The position numbers and the translations under genes were made by a program. Below, piece after piece: positions 1-9,946 of a stretch of DNA of 55,567 nucleotides (position 1 is the first letter of the stretch; each line of letters begins with the position of its first letter). The notes below the pieces were generated by a model. It had not been told where the DNA came from, ran no database searches, and worked only from the letters and a program-made list of their open reading frames with translations. This DNA is from Methanobacteriaceae archaeon. GTDB taxonomy: Archaea > Methanobacteriota > Methanobacteria > Methanobacteriales > Methanobacteriaceae. The stretch covers positions 1 to 55,567 of the forward strand of contig PWMT01000168.1 of NCBI GenBank assembly GCA_003558085.1. The letters run 5' to 3'.

Positions 1-2
1 CA

Positions 3-1700
3 GGTAGTGAAATAATTTATTATGCGGAAGATATGGATTTATCTGAAGATCTGGAGATATGTGGATTGTGTTGCAGTGCTATAGAATTAGGTAGAGTTTC
101 GTCTAAAACTAAAATTGTAGGTCCTATTTCCCGACAATTGATGTTCATCAAATCAGGAATTCCTGATGTGGTGGTTTTAGATGAACAATGCATAAGATCT
201 GATATATTCGAATTATGTTTACAAAATAACATTCCTATATTAACTACCACAGATAAGTGCTCGCTAGGCTTATCAGATGTGACCAGTAAAAAGTCATCGG
301 AAATAATTAATGAAATCATAAGCGGAAATCTACCTGGAGTATTAATCCAAGACATGGAAAAATTAGGAAAAGTAGCTGTAGAATTATCCCTTGCAGTTAA
401 AAGATTGCGTGAACATTCTAAAAATGAGAATAATGAATTGATGGGTAAAGATTCTATTGAAAAGGATGTTAGTGCATGTTACATATGTAAATCATGCGCT
501 GATGAATCTGATATGAGTGAAACCATCCCCCTTAAAGAAAAATTTTTAAATCAAGAATATGAAGACCCTGAAACTCTCATCCAACAGTGTTTAGAATGTG
601 GACAGTGCGATAGAACCTGTCCAGCAATGTTACCCATAACCCAATCATTTTCAGAAGCTAAAAATGAAAATAATTCACTATTAGCCAGTCTTTATAGTAA
701 ATGTGTGGGTTGTGGTAGATGTACAGAATCTTGTAGCCAGGAAATGCCCATTGTAGACTTGATTCGCTGGGCTGCCCAGCAAGAAATTGCCCAGGAAAAA
801 TATTTGATAAGATCTGGTCGAGGACCAATACAGGATGTAGAAATACGTAAAGTGGGAGCACCTATAGTATTTGGAGACATACCCGGAGTTATTGTTCTGG
901 CCGGATGTTCGAATTACAGCCAGGGCGGGAAAGAAGTAGCCCTAATAGCAGAAGAATATGTAAAAAGAGGTTATATAGTAGTTGCTTCTGGTTGTGCAGC
1001 CATGGATATAGCCTTATATAAAGATGATGAAGGTAAAACCCTTTATGAAAAATATTCAGGTGATTTTGATAAAGGAGGTCTTCTTAATTTAGGACCCTGC
1101 GTGGCCAATGCTCACGCCATAGGTAGTGCTATCAAAATAGCCAATATATTTGCCAAAGTACCCTTGGAAAACAATTTCATAGATATAGCTGATTATATTA
1201 TCAACCGTATCGGGGTTTGTGTAATAGCTTGGGGCGCTATGTCGCAAAAAGCATTCGCCATTACTACTGGTGCAAATCGGTGGGGAATACCCGTCATTAT
1301 TGGACCTCAAGCATCCAAGTATCGTCGATTATATGTGGGGGATGAGGGAGAAGCAAGAATTATAAACGATAAGAGAAACCAGGAAACATTACTTAGTGAA
1401 CCCGCCCCTTTACATTTATCTTATGCTGCAGAGAGTTTAAATGAGTGTATGGTGCTCACCGCCAAGATGTGTATCAGACCCAATGATAATCCTAAGGGCA
1501 GGATGATTAAATTGACCAATTATGTGGATCTGCATAAAAAATATTATGGTTGTTTACCCTTAGATTTGCATCAATACATTAGAGATGAAAAGGAGATACC
1601 CTTTAAAGATAAAAACGAAATTTTAAAACAACTGGATAAAGTTAATTGGAAAGCTCGAACTAGGGCTCATGAACCATCTCTACTGGATAAGGTAGATTAA
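3..1700 (+). CDS. cdhA: CO dehydrogenase/acetyl-CoA synthase alpha subunit (5' end outside window)
   Basis: Frame is open from the window edge (GSEIIYYAEDMDL). It has CdhA motifs GLCCSA, DEQC, AGCSNY, SGCAA, GPCVANAH, WGAMSQKA and RPNDNPKGR, and two CxxCxxC Fe-S motifs. Confidence 0.92.
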   Translation, partial: GSEIIYYAEDMDLSEDLEICGLCCSAIELGRVSSKTKIVGPISRQLMFIKSGIPDVVVLDEQCIRSDIFELCLQNNIPILTTTDKCSLGLSDVTSKKSSEIINEIISGNLPGVLIQDMEKLGKVAVELSLAVKRLREHSKNENNELMGKDSIEKDVSACYICKSCADESDMSETIPLKEKFLNQEYEDPETLIQQCLECGQCDRTCPAMLPITQSFSEAKNENNSLLASLYSKCVGCGRCTESCSQEMPIVDLIRWAAQQEIAQEKYLIRSGRGPIQDVEIRKVGAPIVFGDIPGVIVLAGCSNYSQGGKEVALIAEEYVKRGYIVVASGCAAMDIALYKDDEGKTLYEKYSGDFDKGGLLNLGPCVANAHAIGSAIKIANIFAKVPLENNFIDIADYIINRIGVCVIAWGAMSQKAFAITTGANRWGIPVIIGPQASKYRRLYVGDEGEARIINDKRNQETLLSEPAPLHLSYAAESLNECMVLTAKMCIRPNDNPKGRMIKLTNYVDLHKKYYGCLPLDLHQYIRDEKEIPFKDKNEILKQLDKVNWKARTRAHEPSLLDKVD

Positions 1701-1755
1701 ATCTCTATCTTATCTATTTATAAAAAATGATTAGCTATTTTTCGGTGCTATACTT

Positions 1756-2148
1756 ATGAATCCCTATATCAATCTTAAAGATCCTTTAAAATGTTCTAAA
1801 TGTAACCTTTGTATGGTCCGATGTAGGCAAACTCATGGTGAAAGTAGAATATTAAGTGTGGACTCTATTCCCCATATCTGTATACAGTGTGAAGATGTTC
1901 CTTGCCAAAAAGCTTGCCGGGTAGGGGCTATCTATCTTAAAGAAGGTATAGCTATAGTAGATGAAGAAAAGTGTGTTGCTTGTAAAATGTGTTTAGATGC
2001 TTGTCCTCATCAGGGAATGTACATTAAAGATTTAATGGTCTATAAATGCACCTTATGTCTAGATTCGGATTTACTGATTCCGGCCTGTATAGAAGCATGT
2101 CCTAATAAAATTCTAGAGGTAAAATGCAGGAAAGAGGAAGATGAATAA
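1756..2148 (+). CDS. CooF-like multi-[4Fe-4S] ferredoxin
   Basis: Four Cys groups: CSKCNLCMVRC, CIQCEDVPCQKAC, CVACKMCLDACP and CTLC...PACIEACP. Lies directly after cdhA. Confidence 0.85.
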   Translation: MNPYINLKDPLKCSKCNLCMVRCRQTHGESRILSVDSIPHICIQCEDVPCQKACRVGAIYLKEGIAIVDEEKCVACKMCLDACPHQGMYIKDLMVYKCTLCLDSDLLIPACIEACPNKILEVKCRKEEDE

Positions 2149-2237
2149 AAAAGTGCATTAAATTATTCTGACTACTTAAAATCAGGGTGTTTTAGGAGAT
2201 TAATGCTAAATATTTTCTTTAAAAAAAAATAAAATTG

Positions 2238-2254
2238 GCAGTCAGATTGACTGC
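2238..2254. terminator. Putative bidirectional terminator hairpin between the convergent ferredoxin and mtd genes
   Basis: GCAGTCA-gat-TGACTGC, with an A-rich run on the left and TTTTT on the right. Confidence 0.5.
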
Positions 2255-2264
2255 TTTTTAATAT

Positions 2265-3095
2265 TTATTTTGGTTTTTCCATTAAATCTATTTTAGTAAT
2301 GGTTTGTCCTTCTCCACCATGTGGATTTCTGAAAACAGTGTTATTGGCTTTTTCAATTTCTCGTGCTTCATCAGCTAATTTAGCTGCAATAGCTATCATT
2401 TCATGTGCAGAAGCTACGATAGGTATGTATTTTTCAAAGTCTTGTACCATGAAACAACCTTCCACGTCAATATCAGCTACTTTCGTAGCGATTTCATATG
2501 CGGACATGGCTTTAGCTTTAGCGTATGGGTTAGCGAATTGAGCAGCTTCCACAGCTACATCACGAGATATTACTACTTTAGGTAATTCAATTCCTTTTCC
2601 AGCTTCACTATCAGCTATTACAGCATCAATAGTATTTTGAACTACGCGGTAAGCGCCAGTTAAAGCTAATACTTTAATTACATCAGCATTGAATGAGGCC
2701 ATTTCGGTAGGATCTAGGAATTCTCTTCTAGCTCCAATCATTGGATCTGCTTTAACGATAATGTAACCTACACCTTGTTCATCCATCTCGTCTTTGGATC
2801 TTAATCCTGGAGCATCCCCAATGATGATAGCTGGTACATCTGCATCTGCTAATATTTCTCTAGCTTTAGCAGGGCCGGGAGCACCAGGGTTGGGACTTAT
2901 AAATATTACAAAGTCCCTATCCATTTCAAGCATCATAGGTACGGCGTTTTCAATCTCTTCAGGGTTCATCTTAGCTCCGGAACCTATAACGCGAACGTCA
3001 ATGTTGGGACGGTCTGCTCTTTCATCTAATAATAAGTCCAAGACCGGAGATGTACCAATATTACCACATTTAATTATACCAATTTTTACAACCAT
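2265..3095 (-). CDS. mtd: F420-dependent methylenetetrahydromethanopterin dehydrogenase
   Basis: MVVKIGIIKCGNIGTS, LLDERADR, GSGAKM and GARREFLDPTEMA. Start placed at the ATG at 3095, which follows a GGTGA RBS. Confidence 0.97.
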   Translation of the reverse strand: MVVKIGIIKCGNIGTSPVLDLLLDERADRPNIDVRVIGSGAKMNPEEIENAVPMMLEMDRDFVIFISPNPGAPGPAKAREILADADVPAIIIGDAPGLRSKDEMDEQGVGYIIVKADPMIGARREFLDPTEMASFNADVIKVLALTGAYRVVQNTIDAVIADSEAGKGIELPKVVISRDVAVEAAQFANPYAKAKAMSAYEIATKVADIDVEGCFMVQDFEKYIPIVASAHEMIAIAAKLADEAREIEKANNTVFRNPHGGEGQTITKIDLMEKPK

Positions 3096-3285
3096 TAGAT
3101 CACCAAAAAAATTTATTCCCCCCATAAGTAAGTACTTTTTGATTTAATTGTTTTAATTAACTTTTTATATGATGAAAGTAGCATGAAAAAATCCTATATA
3201 ATTTTTATCTTTTCAGGATATTCCCCAAGATAAGCTGGTTTTAAACAAATTATATAAGAATTTGGCTATATAGCACCTTTAGCAC

Positions 3286-3708
3286 TTATTTCAGCTTATA
3301 AATTACCAAGGCATTTCCGCTGTATATTTGATTAAAAATATCTTTTTTCATTTTTATCTCACCCAGAGAAGGATCTGCTAAGTATACTTTATCATTGCTA
3401 ATTTTTCTTATAACACTATAATGGGAGCTTCCATTGAGTTTAATGAAGACTATATTATTGGTTTTAAGATTTTCTAGACCTAAACGCATACCCCATGCCC
3501 CCAATCCTTTTTTTCTAGCCGCCTGAATAAGTCCATACATGCTGGTGCCGCTTTCATCAGTTCCTGCTATTTGTGCTAATTCCATTTCACTGCAATCAAT
3601 TCCTTGAGCTTTGATTACTGTGGCCAGAGCTGCTGGTCCGCAGTTATAATTAGTGCTTTGCATTACAATATCTTGATAGGTCTCCCCCTTATCATTAATA
3701 CTAATCAC
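3286..3708 (-). CDS. Stand-alone C39-family cysteine peptidase domain protein
   Basis: QSTNYNCGPAALA (Q-x5-C), GTSMYGL, HYSV and LADPSLG. No ABC transporter domain. Confidence 0.85.
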   Translation of the reverse strand: MISINDKGETYQDIVMQSTNYNCGPAALATVIKAQGIDCSEMELAQIAGTDESGTSMYGLIQAARKKGLGAWGMRLGLENLKTNNIVFIKLNGSSHYSVIRKISNDKVYLADPSLGEIKMKKDIFNQIYSGNALVIYKLK

Positions 3709-3822
3709 CTACTTTAGTAATAAATATAATAGGGAGACCCCACTATTTAATAATTATCATTTTAAAATTATTACTCACACTGACTCTAAAATCAAAAATC
3801 TTAAAAAGAATAAAATTAGCAC

Positions 3823-4893
3823 CTATCTATACCGTGAACGTGCTTCCCATATTTTTTTAAAACTCTTAAAACCTGACTTGGTGGTTTTTTCTTTAGAAAA
3901 GTTATTGATTAAGTATACACATTTTTTTACTGCTTTTTCTGCATCTTGCAGTAGATCTTTTGATTTAGGTTTTTTTAAATCAGGTAAATACTTAGGAATA
4001 TCACATATAGCAGCCACCGGAATTCCCACCTTTTTAGAAATATCCACACTACTATGTTTATCATGGAACCCGGAAATTTTAATCGCTGGTGTCTCTAAAG
4101 CTGCTGCTTCCAGAGTTATGCCCATACCTGCTCCATAAACGATTGCTTTAGAAGCATTCATTATACTAGGTAGATCTACAAAACCTTCCAAGACAATGAT
4201 TCGGGAAGATTTGATCATGCTTCTAATTTTAGAGCTATCAAAACGAAACGGTACAATTAAAACTGGAAAATTCAATGATTCCATTGTTTTTATTAGAACC
4301 GGTAATTGATTTGGTTTTAGATCTCCCCCTAATACCAGGAGAATAAAATCTTCTACACCATATTTATCTATGATTGCAGCAGGATCTTCTAAAGACAAAC
4401 TTTTTATATAAGAAACTGCAGGATATCCTCCGATGTTCTGCACATTTTTAAGCTGATAATTTTTTTCTAGATAATTTTTATAATATGGGGAAGGGGCGGT
4501 AACCATCTCAGCAAAAGCTATAGTCTCTATAGGATTATATATATCCTGTTCCAAGTGTAAAACCGGAATTTTCAGTATATTAGCAGCGCATAACCCCTTA
4601 CGAACATCCCCCGCGTTTCCGCAAGTTAAAAGTAAATCTATTTTCTTACCCTTTAAAGCCTTTACTGCTTTTAAAATATCCTTTAATACTAGATAAGCTA
4701 TTTTAGACCGACTTCTTTTTTGAAAACCAGACCCACGGCCAGTTCCAATAAAATGGATCTCGTTGCAGTATGATTTTAATATCTGATCGGCTCCTGTACC
4801 ATGACTTAAGCCGATACAATCCACATCTAAATTATATAAAATTGGAGCTAATGTTCTAGCTGGAGCAGCTTCACCAGCGACCGCAATTCTCAT
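3823..4893 (-). CDS. GT-B fold glycosyltransferase-like protein (MurG/GT28-like or UDP-GlcNAc epimerase-like)
   Basis: Two Rossmann-like halves, with ILLVLGGD, GFVDLPSIM and GAGMGITLEAAALETPAI, typical of a GT-B C-terminal domain. Confidence 0.6.
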   Translation of the reverse strand: MRIAVAGEAAPARTLAPILYNLDVDCIGLSHGTGADQILKSYCNEIHFIGTGRGSGFQKRSRSKIAYLVLKDILKAVKALKGKKIDLLLTCGNAGDVRKGLCAANILKIPVLHLEQDIYNPIETIAFAEMVTAPSPYYKNYLEKNYQLKNVQNIGGYPAVSYIKSLSLEDPAAIIDKYGVEDFILLVLGGDLKPNQLPVLIKTMESLNFPVLIVPFRFDSSKIRSMIKSSRIIVLEGFVDLPSIMNASKAIVYGAGMGITLEAAALETPAIKISGFHDKHSSVDISKKVGIPVAAICDIPKYLPDLKKPKSKDLLQDAEKAVKKCVYLINNFSKEKTTKSGFKSFKKIWEARSRYR

Positions 4894-4916
4894 AATTCAT
4901 CCTCAAAATTCTTATA

Positions 4917-6095
4917 TCAAAACTTTTCTAATTTAAATTTTCGTTTAATTTGTAATAGAATAAATATAATCAGTATGACTGAAATAGCATAAAATATCCA
5001 TACAACCAGATCTGTAGGTCCGGTTTCGATCCAAACTAAAGTGTGGGACAAAATTATAGCATAAAAGGCTGTGAAAACACCTTTTTTGTATACCTGTATA
5101 ATGTGCATTAATTTTAAAATTAAACCTAAAAAAAGCATTTGCACTGCTAGGCCCCATGTTCCAAAATCCAGAAGTGCAGGACCCCATATAGTGGAAGTAC
5201 TGGAGTGACGATAACCCAATACTGCTTCTCCAATGATTACTCGAGGATCTACAGATTGAAAATAGCCGGTTAAGGTATAATAAAATAAAGAGCCCTGTGT
5301 AGATCCTTTTAGAGGTATTAACTGGTCAAAAACATTTAATGTATATCCTGCTCGGTATAAAAATAATTCTAATGGATTCAAAGACCATTGCTGCCATTCA
5401 ATAGATTGAACTGCCACATAACCAACCACTAATACTAAAAACAGTATAGAAGCTATGAATATCAGAATATAAGTCCCTTTAAATTCACGAGTATAATATA
5501 AGGTGATAAAAGCAGATAATAAGATGACTACGGTAGTGGTTCTATATCCAGTCAAGGCAAATAATAATATTCCTAAAGCCAATAAAATATAGTATTTTTT
5601 ATTAGGATACTTGGCTAATAATATGTTAATTCCTGGTAAAAATATTAGATAAGAAAGTAGCCATATTTTGGTAACCGCTGTGGCCTTCAAATGGCCACTA
5701 AGAAGAGGTATTCCCCCGGAAGAATAAATATTCCCAAGTTGTAAAACTAAACCCCCTATTACCAATGCCAATATTATTTTTTCAACAGGAAAATCTATTT
5801 TAGATTTAAATTCTCTTTTAGAATTACCTAAAAATTGCCTATAAGAAGTTAAATTAAATTTAGATGGAAATATTTTATGCAAAATTAAGGGCAAATTAAT
5901 TCCCAGCAAGTAAAACAAAGACCCAAAAAATATATAAAAATATAAATCGATGGAAGGACTTATAAGACCTCGAATTTGATAGTGAAAGGCCAGATAAGCT
6001 AAAAGAATATACAATAAGGTTATCAAGAGCAATAGATATGGAGAAAAGATATCTATTTTATTTAACGCACTGAATTTTAATTTGTGGAAGAACAT
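4917..6095 (-). CDS. Oligosaccharide repeat-unit polymerase (Wzy-like) polytopic membrane protein
   Basis: About 10 hydrophobic segments, with TGYRT and T-IWGPALLDFG motifs. Confidence 0.7.
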   Translation of the reverse strand: MFFHKLKFSALNKIDIFSPYLLLLITLLYILLAYLAFHYQIRGLISPSIDLYFYIFFGSLFYLLGINLPLILHKIFPSKFNLTSYRQFLGNSKREFKSKIDFPVEKIILALVIGGLVLQLGNIYSSGGIPLLSGHLKATAVTKIWLLSYLIFLPGINILLAKYPNKKYYILLALGILLFALTGYRTTTVVILLSAFITLYYTREFKGTYILIFIASILFLVLVVGYVAVQSIEWQQWSLNPLELFLYRAGYTLNVFDQLIPLKGSTQGSLFYYTLTGYFQSVDPRVIIGEAVLGYRHSSTSTIWGPALLDFGTWGLAVQMLFLGLILKLMHIIQVYKKGVFTAFYAIILSHTLVWIETGPTDLVVWIFYAISVILIIFILLQIKRKFKLEKF

Positions 6096-6114
6096 TTTAT
6101 CGTATCTAGATTAT

Positions 6115-7461
6115 TCATAGTTCTGCGGCATGCTGGATAAAATTTGAAGCAAAAGTAGGATAGGAAGCAGTATGGGTATGCACGTAACTAGCTAAAGTAT
6201 TATTATCCATTATTCCATCATTAGTATTCATAATTCCCTTACCCCTTAAAATTTGAAAGGCAAACTTTGCAGGATGGGAAATATTTATACATGAGTAGTG
6301 AAATTCATGTCCTCGTATAATTTCTCCTTTTTGGCTTATAATATTGTCTTCCTGGGTTTTAGCAATAACATAACTCAAACCCTGTACTTTAGAACGCATA
6401 TCAGCCGTGTAAGGAAAAACTCCGCACATTTGATGCTGATTAACAGATTTCATAAGATAAATTAATCCACCACATTCAGCATAGATAGGATGTTTTTCCA
6501 GATGAAATTTTTTAATAGATTGGCGCATAGAATGATTAGATTCCAATTCCTTGGAGAATACCTCAGGATAACCTCCCCCAATATAAAGGGCATCGACATC
6601 AGGTAATTCTTCATCATGATAGGGGCTGAAAGGGACTATATGGGCATTATTATCCTCTAAAGACTCAATATTTTCTGGATAGTAAAAGGTGAAAACTTCA
6701 TCCCAAGCCACCCCAATTTTAACTCTTGGGGCTTTCACCTTTCTCCATAAAATCTCTCTATGGGAAGGAATCTTTCCTGCGTTGTGCATAATATTCAAAA
6801 GTGCCTCCAAATCAATATTTTCTTGCACTGCCTGACTCCATTTTTCAATAAAACTATATAAGTTTTCTCTCTCCACAGCAGGTACCAGGCCCAAATGTCT
6901 TTCTTCTACGGTCAATTTTTCATCCCGGGGGATTCCTCCTATAACAGGAGTATCAGTAAAAGTTTCTACAGCTTCTTTTGTCTTTAAATAATGAGCTTTA
7001 TTTTTGACTTGGTTTAAAATAATACCTTCGATTCTAATTTGAGGATCCAAAGTTTTAAATCCCAAAACAACTGCAGCTGCACTTTTTACCAAACTGCGGG
7101 AATTTAATATTAAAATCACAGGAGAATTCAAAGCTTTAGCAATAGATGCGGTGTTTCCCACATCCTTGATAGGACTTATACCTTCATAAAGACCCCTTAC
7201 CCCTTCAATGATTCCTGATTGAGATTTGGATATTTTTAATCCTCGATGAAAAGCTTCTCTTATCTGTCCTGGGGACATGAAAAAGGAATCCAGGTTCCTA
7301 GATTTATTTCCCGTAGCCAGAGTATGATAAGTAGGATCAATATAATCCGGACCTACTTTAAAAGGTTGAATTTTTATCTCATCGGATAATGCTTTCATTA
7401 TTCCCGTGGAAATAGTGGTTTTTCCCACTCCACTACCAGTACCTGCCAGAACAATTCTCAT
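6115..7461 (-). CDS. cfbB: Ni-sirohydrochlorin/cobyrinate a,c-diamide synthase
   Basis: [30 protein letters not shown] and GHEFHYS. CbiA/CfbB family; CfbB versus CbiA cannot be settled from motifs alone. Confidence 0.85.
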   Translation of the reverse strand: MRIVLAGTGSGVGKTTISTGIMKALSDEIKIQPFKVGPDYIDPTYHTLATGNKSRNLDSFFMSPGQIREAFHRGLKISKSQSGIIEGVRGLYEGISPIKDVGNTASIAKALNSPVILILNSRSLVKSAAAVVLGFKTLDPQIRIEGIILNQVKNKAHYLKTKEAVETFTDTPVIGGIPRDEKLTVEERHLGLVPAVERENLYSFIEKWSQAVQENIDLEALLNIMHNAGKIPSHREILWRKVKAPRVKIGVAWDEVFTFYYPENIESLEDNNAHIVPFSPYHDEELPDVDALYIGGGYPEVFSKELESNHSMRQSIKKFHLEKHPIYAECGGLIYLMKSVNQHQMCGVFPYTADMRSKVQGLSYVIAKTQEDNIISQKGEIIRGHEFHYSCINISHPAKFAFQILRGKGIMNTNDGIMDNNTLASYVHTHTASYPTFASNFIQHAAEL

Positions 7462-7615
7462 ATTTAAATAATCATTGCACATTTTATTTAAAATTTAGTT
7501 ATCTAGCAAATATTTCTAAATTATCTTATCCATGATATGCAATTAAAACTTATATCATAAAACTACTCCTATGGAGGAAAAAAGGTTAATATGAACTTAA
7601 TAATAATATTATACA

Positions 7616-8734
7616 ATGAATACTTTAGAAAAGATGCAAATCTTAACTGATTCTGCCCAATATGACCTTTGTGATTACGTAAACCATCAAACTAGCTCAT
7701 CCCCGAATCTGCCAGGAATATATAACAGCACTATCAGTTCTGGATGTAAAATACCTATTTTTAAGGTTCTAATGACCAATCAATGTTGTAATGACTGTAA
7801 ATATTGTTTGAATAATTCAAAAAGAAAATTTACTAGAATAGAGCTTAGCCCTGAAGAATTGACTAGGGTATTCCTCAACTATTATCAACAAAAATATGTG
7901 CATGGTTTATTTTTAAGTTCAGGTATATCCAGAGATATTGAAACTTCCATGGGAAAAGTGGTGGAAGTGGCCCGATTATTAAGATTAGAACATGGATATC
8001 AGGACTACATTCATTTAAAAATTATCCCAGGAACATCAAGGGATCTAATTAAAAGAGCTATGGCATTGGCTGATAGAGTAAGTGTAAATATTGAAGCAGC
8101 CACCCCTTCCGGACTCCAGGAAATCAGCTCTACTAAAGATTTTCAAGGAGATATCATACGGCGTTTGAAATGGATAAGGAATATACATAAAAAGGATCCA
8201 CATAAAGCACCATCTGGACAAAGCACCCAATTTATAGTGGGGGCCAATGATGAAAGTGATGAGGACATTCTAAAAAGAGTTAAATGGCTTTATGATAAAT
8301 TTAAAATTAAAAGAAGCTATTTTAGTACTTTTCAATCTTTAGAAGACACGCCTCTTGAAAAAAGGCCCAGTGCTGACCCTGTACGTTCTTCTAGACTTTA
8401 TCAGGCTGATGCTTTACTAAATTCCTATAATTTCAAGCTTAGAGAATTAATTTTTGAGGAAGATGGTGATCTTAATTTGCATCAGGACCCTAAATATTTA
8501 GCTGCCCTGAATATGGACATGTTTCCTGTGGAAATTAATCAAGCTCTATATAAAAATTTAATTAGAGTACCCGGTATCGGTCCTATATCTGCTAGAAGAA
8601 TCATTACCCTAAGAAAAAAACAAGCCTTTGAAAAGGTAGGAGAATTAAAAAAAATCGGTGTGGCAGTAGAAAGAGCTCAACCATTTATAAAAATACAAGG
8701 AACTTATCAGAGTTCATTGGATATTTTTTCTTAG
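7616..8734 (+). CDS. Radical SAM protein with C-terminal helix-hairpin-helix (putative DNA modification/repair family)
   Basis: CCNDCKYC (CxxxCxxC), YIHLKIIPG, ADRVSVNIE, RLYQADAL, and HhH motif LIRVPGIGPISA. Confidence 0.85.
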   Translation: MNTLEKMQILTDSAQYDLCDYVNHQTSSSPNLPGIYNSTISSGCKIPIFKVLMTNQCCNDCKYCLNNSKRKFTRIELSPEELTRVFLNYYQQKYVHGLFLSSGISRDIETSMGKVVEVARLLRLEHGYQDYIHLKIIPGTSRDLIKRAMALADRVSVNIEAATPSGLQEISSTKDFQGDIIRRLKWIRNIHKKDPHKAPSGQSTQFIVGANDESDEDILKRVKWLYDKFKIKRSYFSTFQSLEDTPLEKRPSADPVRSSRLYQADALLNSYNFKLRELIFEEDGDLNLHQDPKYLAALNMDMFPVEINQALYKNLIRVPGIGPISARRIITLRKKQAFEKVGELKKIGVAVERAQPFIKIQGTYQSSLDIFS

Positions 8735-8777
8735 ATTTCCAAGTGAATATTAAATATTAACTTAGATTATGTTTAAA

Positions 8778-9158
8778 TTATAAATCCTTAAAAAGTTCCC
8801 AAATTTCCGGATATTTTTCCTGAACAGCCTCTTCTATTAGCTCAGAGGCGACTTTGCTAATGCTAAATTCGGGTTGTGTTTTTTTCAAGTAGCGAAGTAC
8901 AGCAGCAGACCTTGCAGACCATAAGGTTATTCTAGGATTTTTTTTAACTTGATTGGTGACCTGCTTTAAGTTTTGAGAATCAATAGATTGCGCTGATGAT
9001 GAGTTTTGAATTTTTTCATTATCTTTATTAATATCAGTTCTATTCTCTTCTTTAATCTGTAAATTTTCCTTGGGTTCTTCCGGAGATCTAGTCTTGGATT
9101 TAATTAAAGCGTCTAAACCCATACCTAGACCAGAAGTTTTTATTCTTTTACGGGCCAT
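8778..9158 (-). CDS. ParA partner protein: ParB-like N-terminal arm, linker, predicted ribbon-helix-helix C-terminus
   Basis: N-terminal GLGMGLDALI and C-terminal RITLW followed by two predicted helices. Its ATG overlaps the parA stop (TAATG at 9156-9160). Confidence 0.7.
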   Translation of the reverse strand: MARKRIKTSGLGMGLDALIKSKTRSPEEPKENLQIKEENRTDINKDNEKIQNSSSAQSIDSQNLKQVTNQVKKNPRITLWSARSAAVLRYLKKTQPEFSISKVASELIEEAVQEKYPEIWELFKDL

Positions 9159-9931
9159 TATTTATCCTCCATTTTTAAAAGCTCCTCAGCCAGTTTAATA
9201 TAAGATATGGTGCCTTTACTCTCTTGATCATATAAGATACAAGGTTTTCCATAACTTGGGGCTTCTGCTAGACGCACATTGCGCGGTATGGTAGTTTTAA
9301 AAATATATTCTTTATCTCCAAAGAATTTTTTAACCTCTTGATGCACCTCACGACCCAATCTTGTTCGTGAATCATAAAGAGTCATTAAAATACCTTTAAT
9401 GGGTGAGGGACTTTGTAGACGCTCTTCTACTAAATTCATAGTTTTAAGTAAATCAGCCATTCCCTCCAGTGCATAATATTCGGCCTGTATAGGAATAATA
9501 ACACTATCTGATGCAACCAAAGCATTTAAAGTAAGTATGCCTAAAGAAGGAGGTACATCCACAATAATATAATCAAAAAGCTCTTTTACATTTTTTAGAG
9601 CCTCTTCTAAAATGGAATGGTATCCGATTTCTCTACTAAGCTCTACTTCCGCACCAGATAGGGAAATATTGCTAGGTAAAATATATAATCCTTCCACCAT
9701 TGTGGGCAGTATAGCATCTGCTATATCATGTTCTCTGCTTAAAACGGAATATATGCTATAATCAAGATTGGCTTTTTCCACCCCAAAACCCGTGGTAGCA
9801 TTTCCCTGAGGATCCATATCAACCAAGAGTACTTTTTTATCAAATAAAGCTAATGCTGTGGATAAATTTACTGCTGTGGTAGTCTTGCCACAACCACCTT
9901 TTTGATTTAATATTGAAATTATTTCTCCCAT
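9158..9931 (-). CDS. parA: ParA/Soj family ATPase
   Basis: Deviant Walker A NQKGGCGKTTT, VDMDPQGNAT, DVPPSLG, QAEYYALEG and IPRNVRLAEAPSYG. Confidence 0.95.
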   Translation of the reverse strand: MGEIISILNQKGGCGKTTTAVNLSTALALFDKKVLLVDMDPQGNATTGFGVEKANLDYSIYSVLSREHDIADAILPTMVEGLYILPSNISLSGAEVELSREIGYHSILEEALKNVKELFDYIIVDVPPSLGILTLNALVASDSVIIPIQAEYYALEGMADLLKTMNLVEERLQSPSPIKGILMTLYDSRTRLGREVHQEVKKFFGDKEYIFKTTIPRNVRLAEAPSYGKPCILYDQESKGTISYIKLAEELLKMEDK

Positions 9932-9946
9932 CCGATCCCTCCAAAA

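Noticed and set aside
3286-3708. Bacteriocin/RiPP cluster around the C39 peptidase
   Set aside because: No ABC transporter, double-glycine precursor or modifying enzyme is co-transcribed; the radical SAM gene is a different family on the opposite strand.
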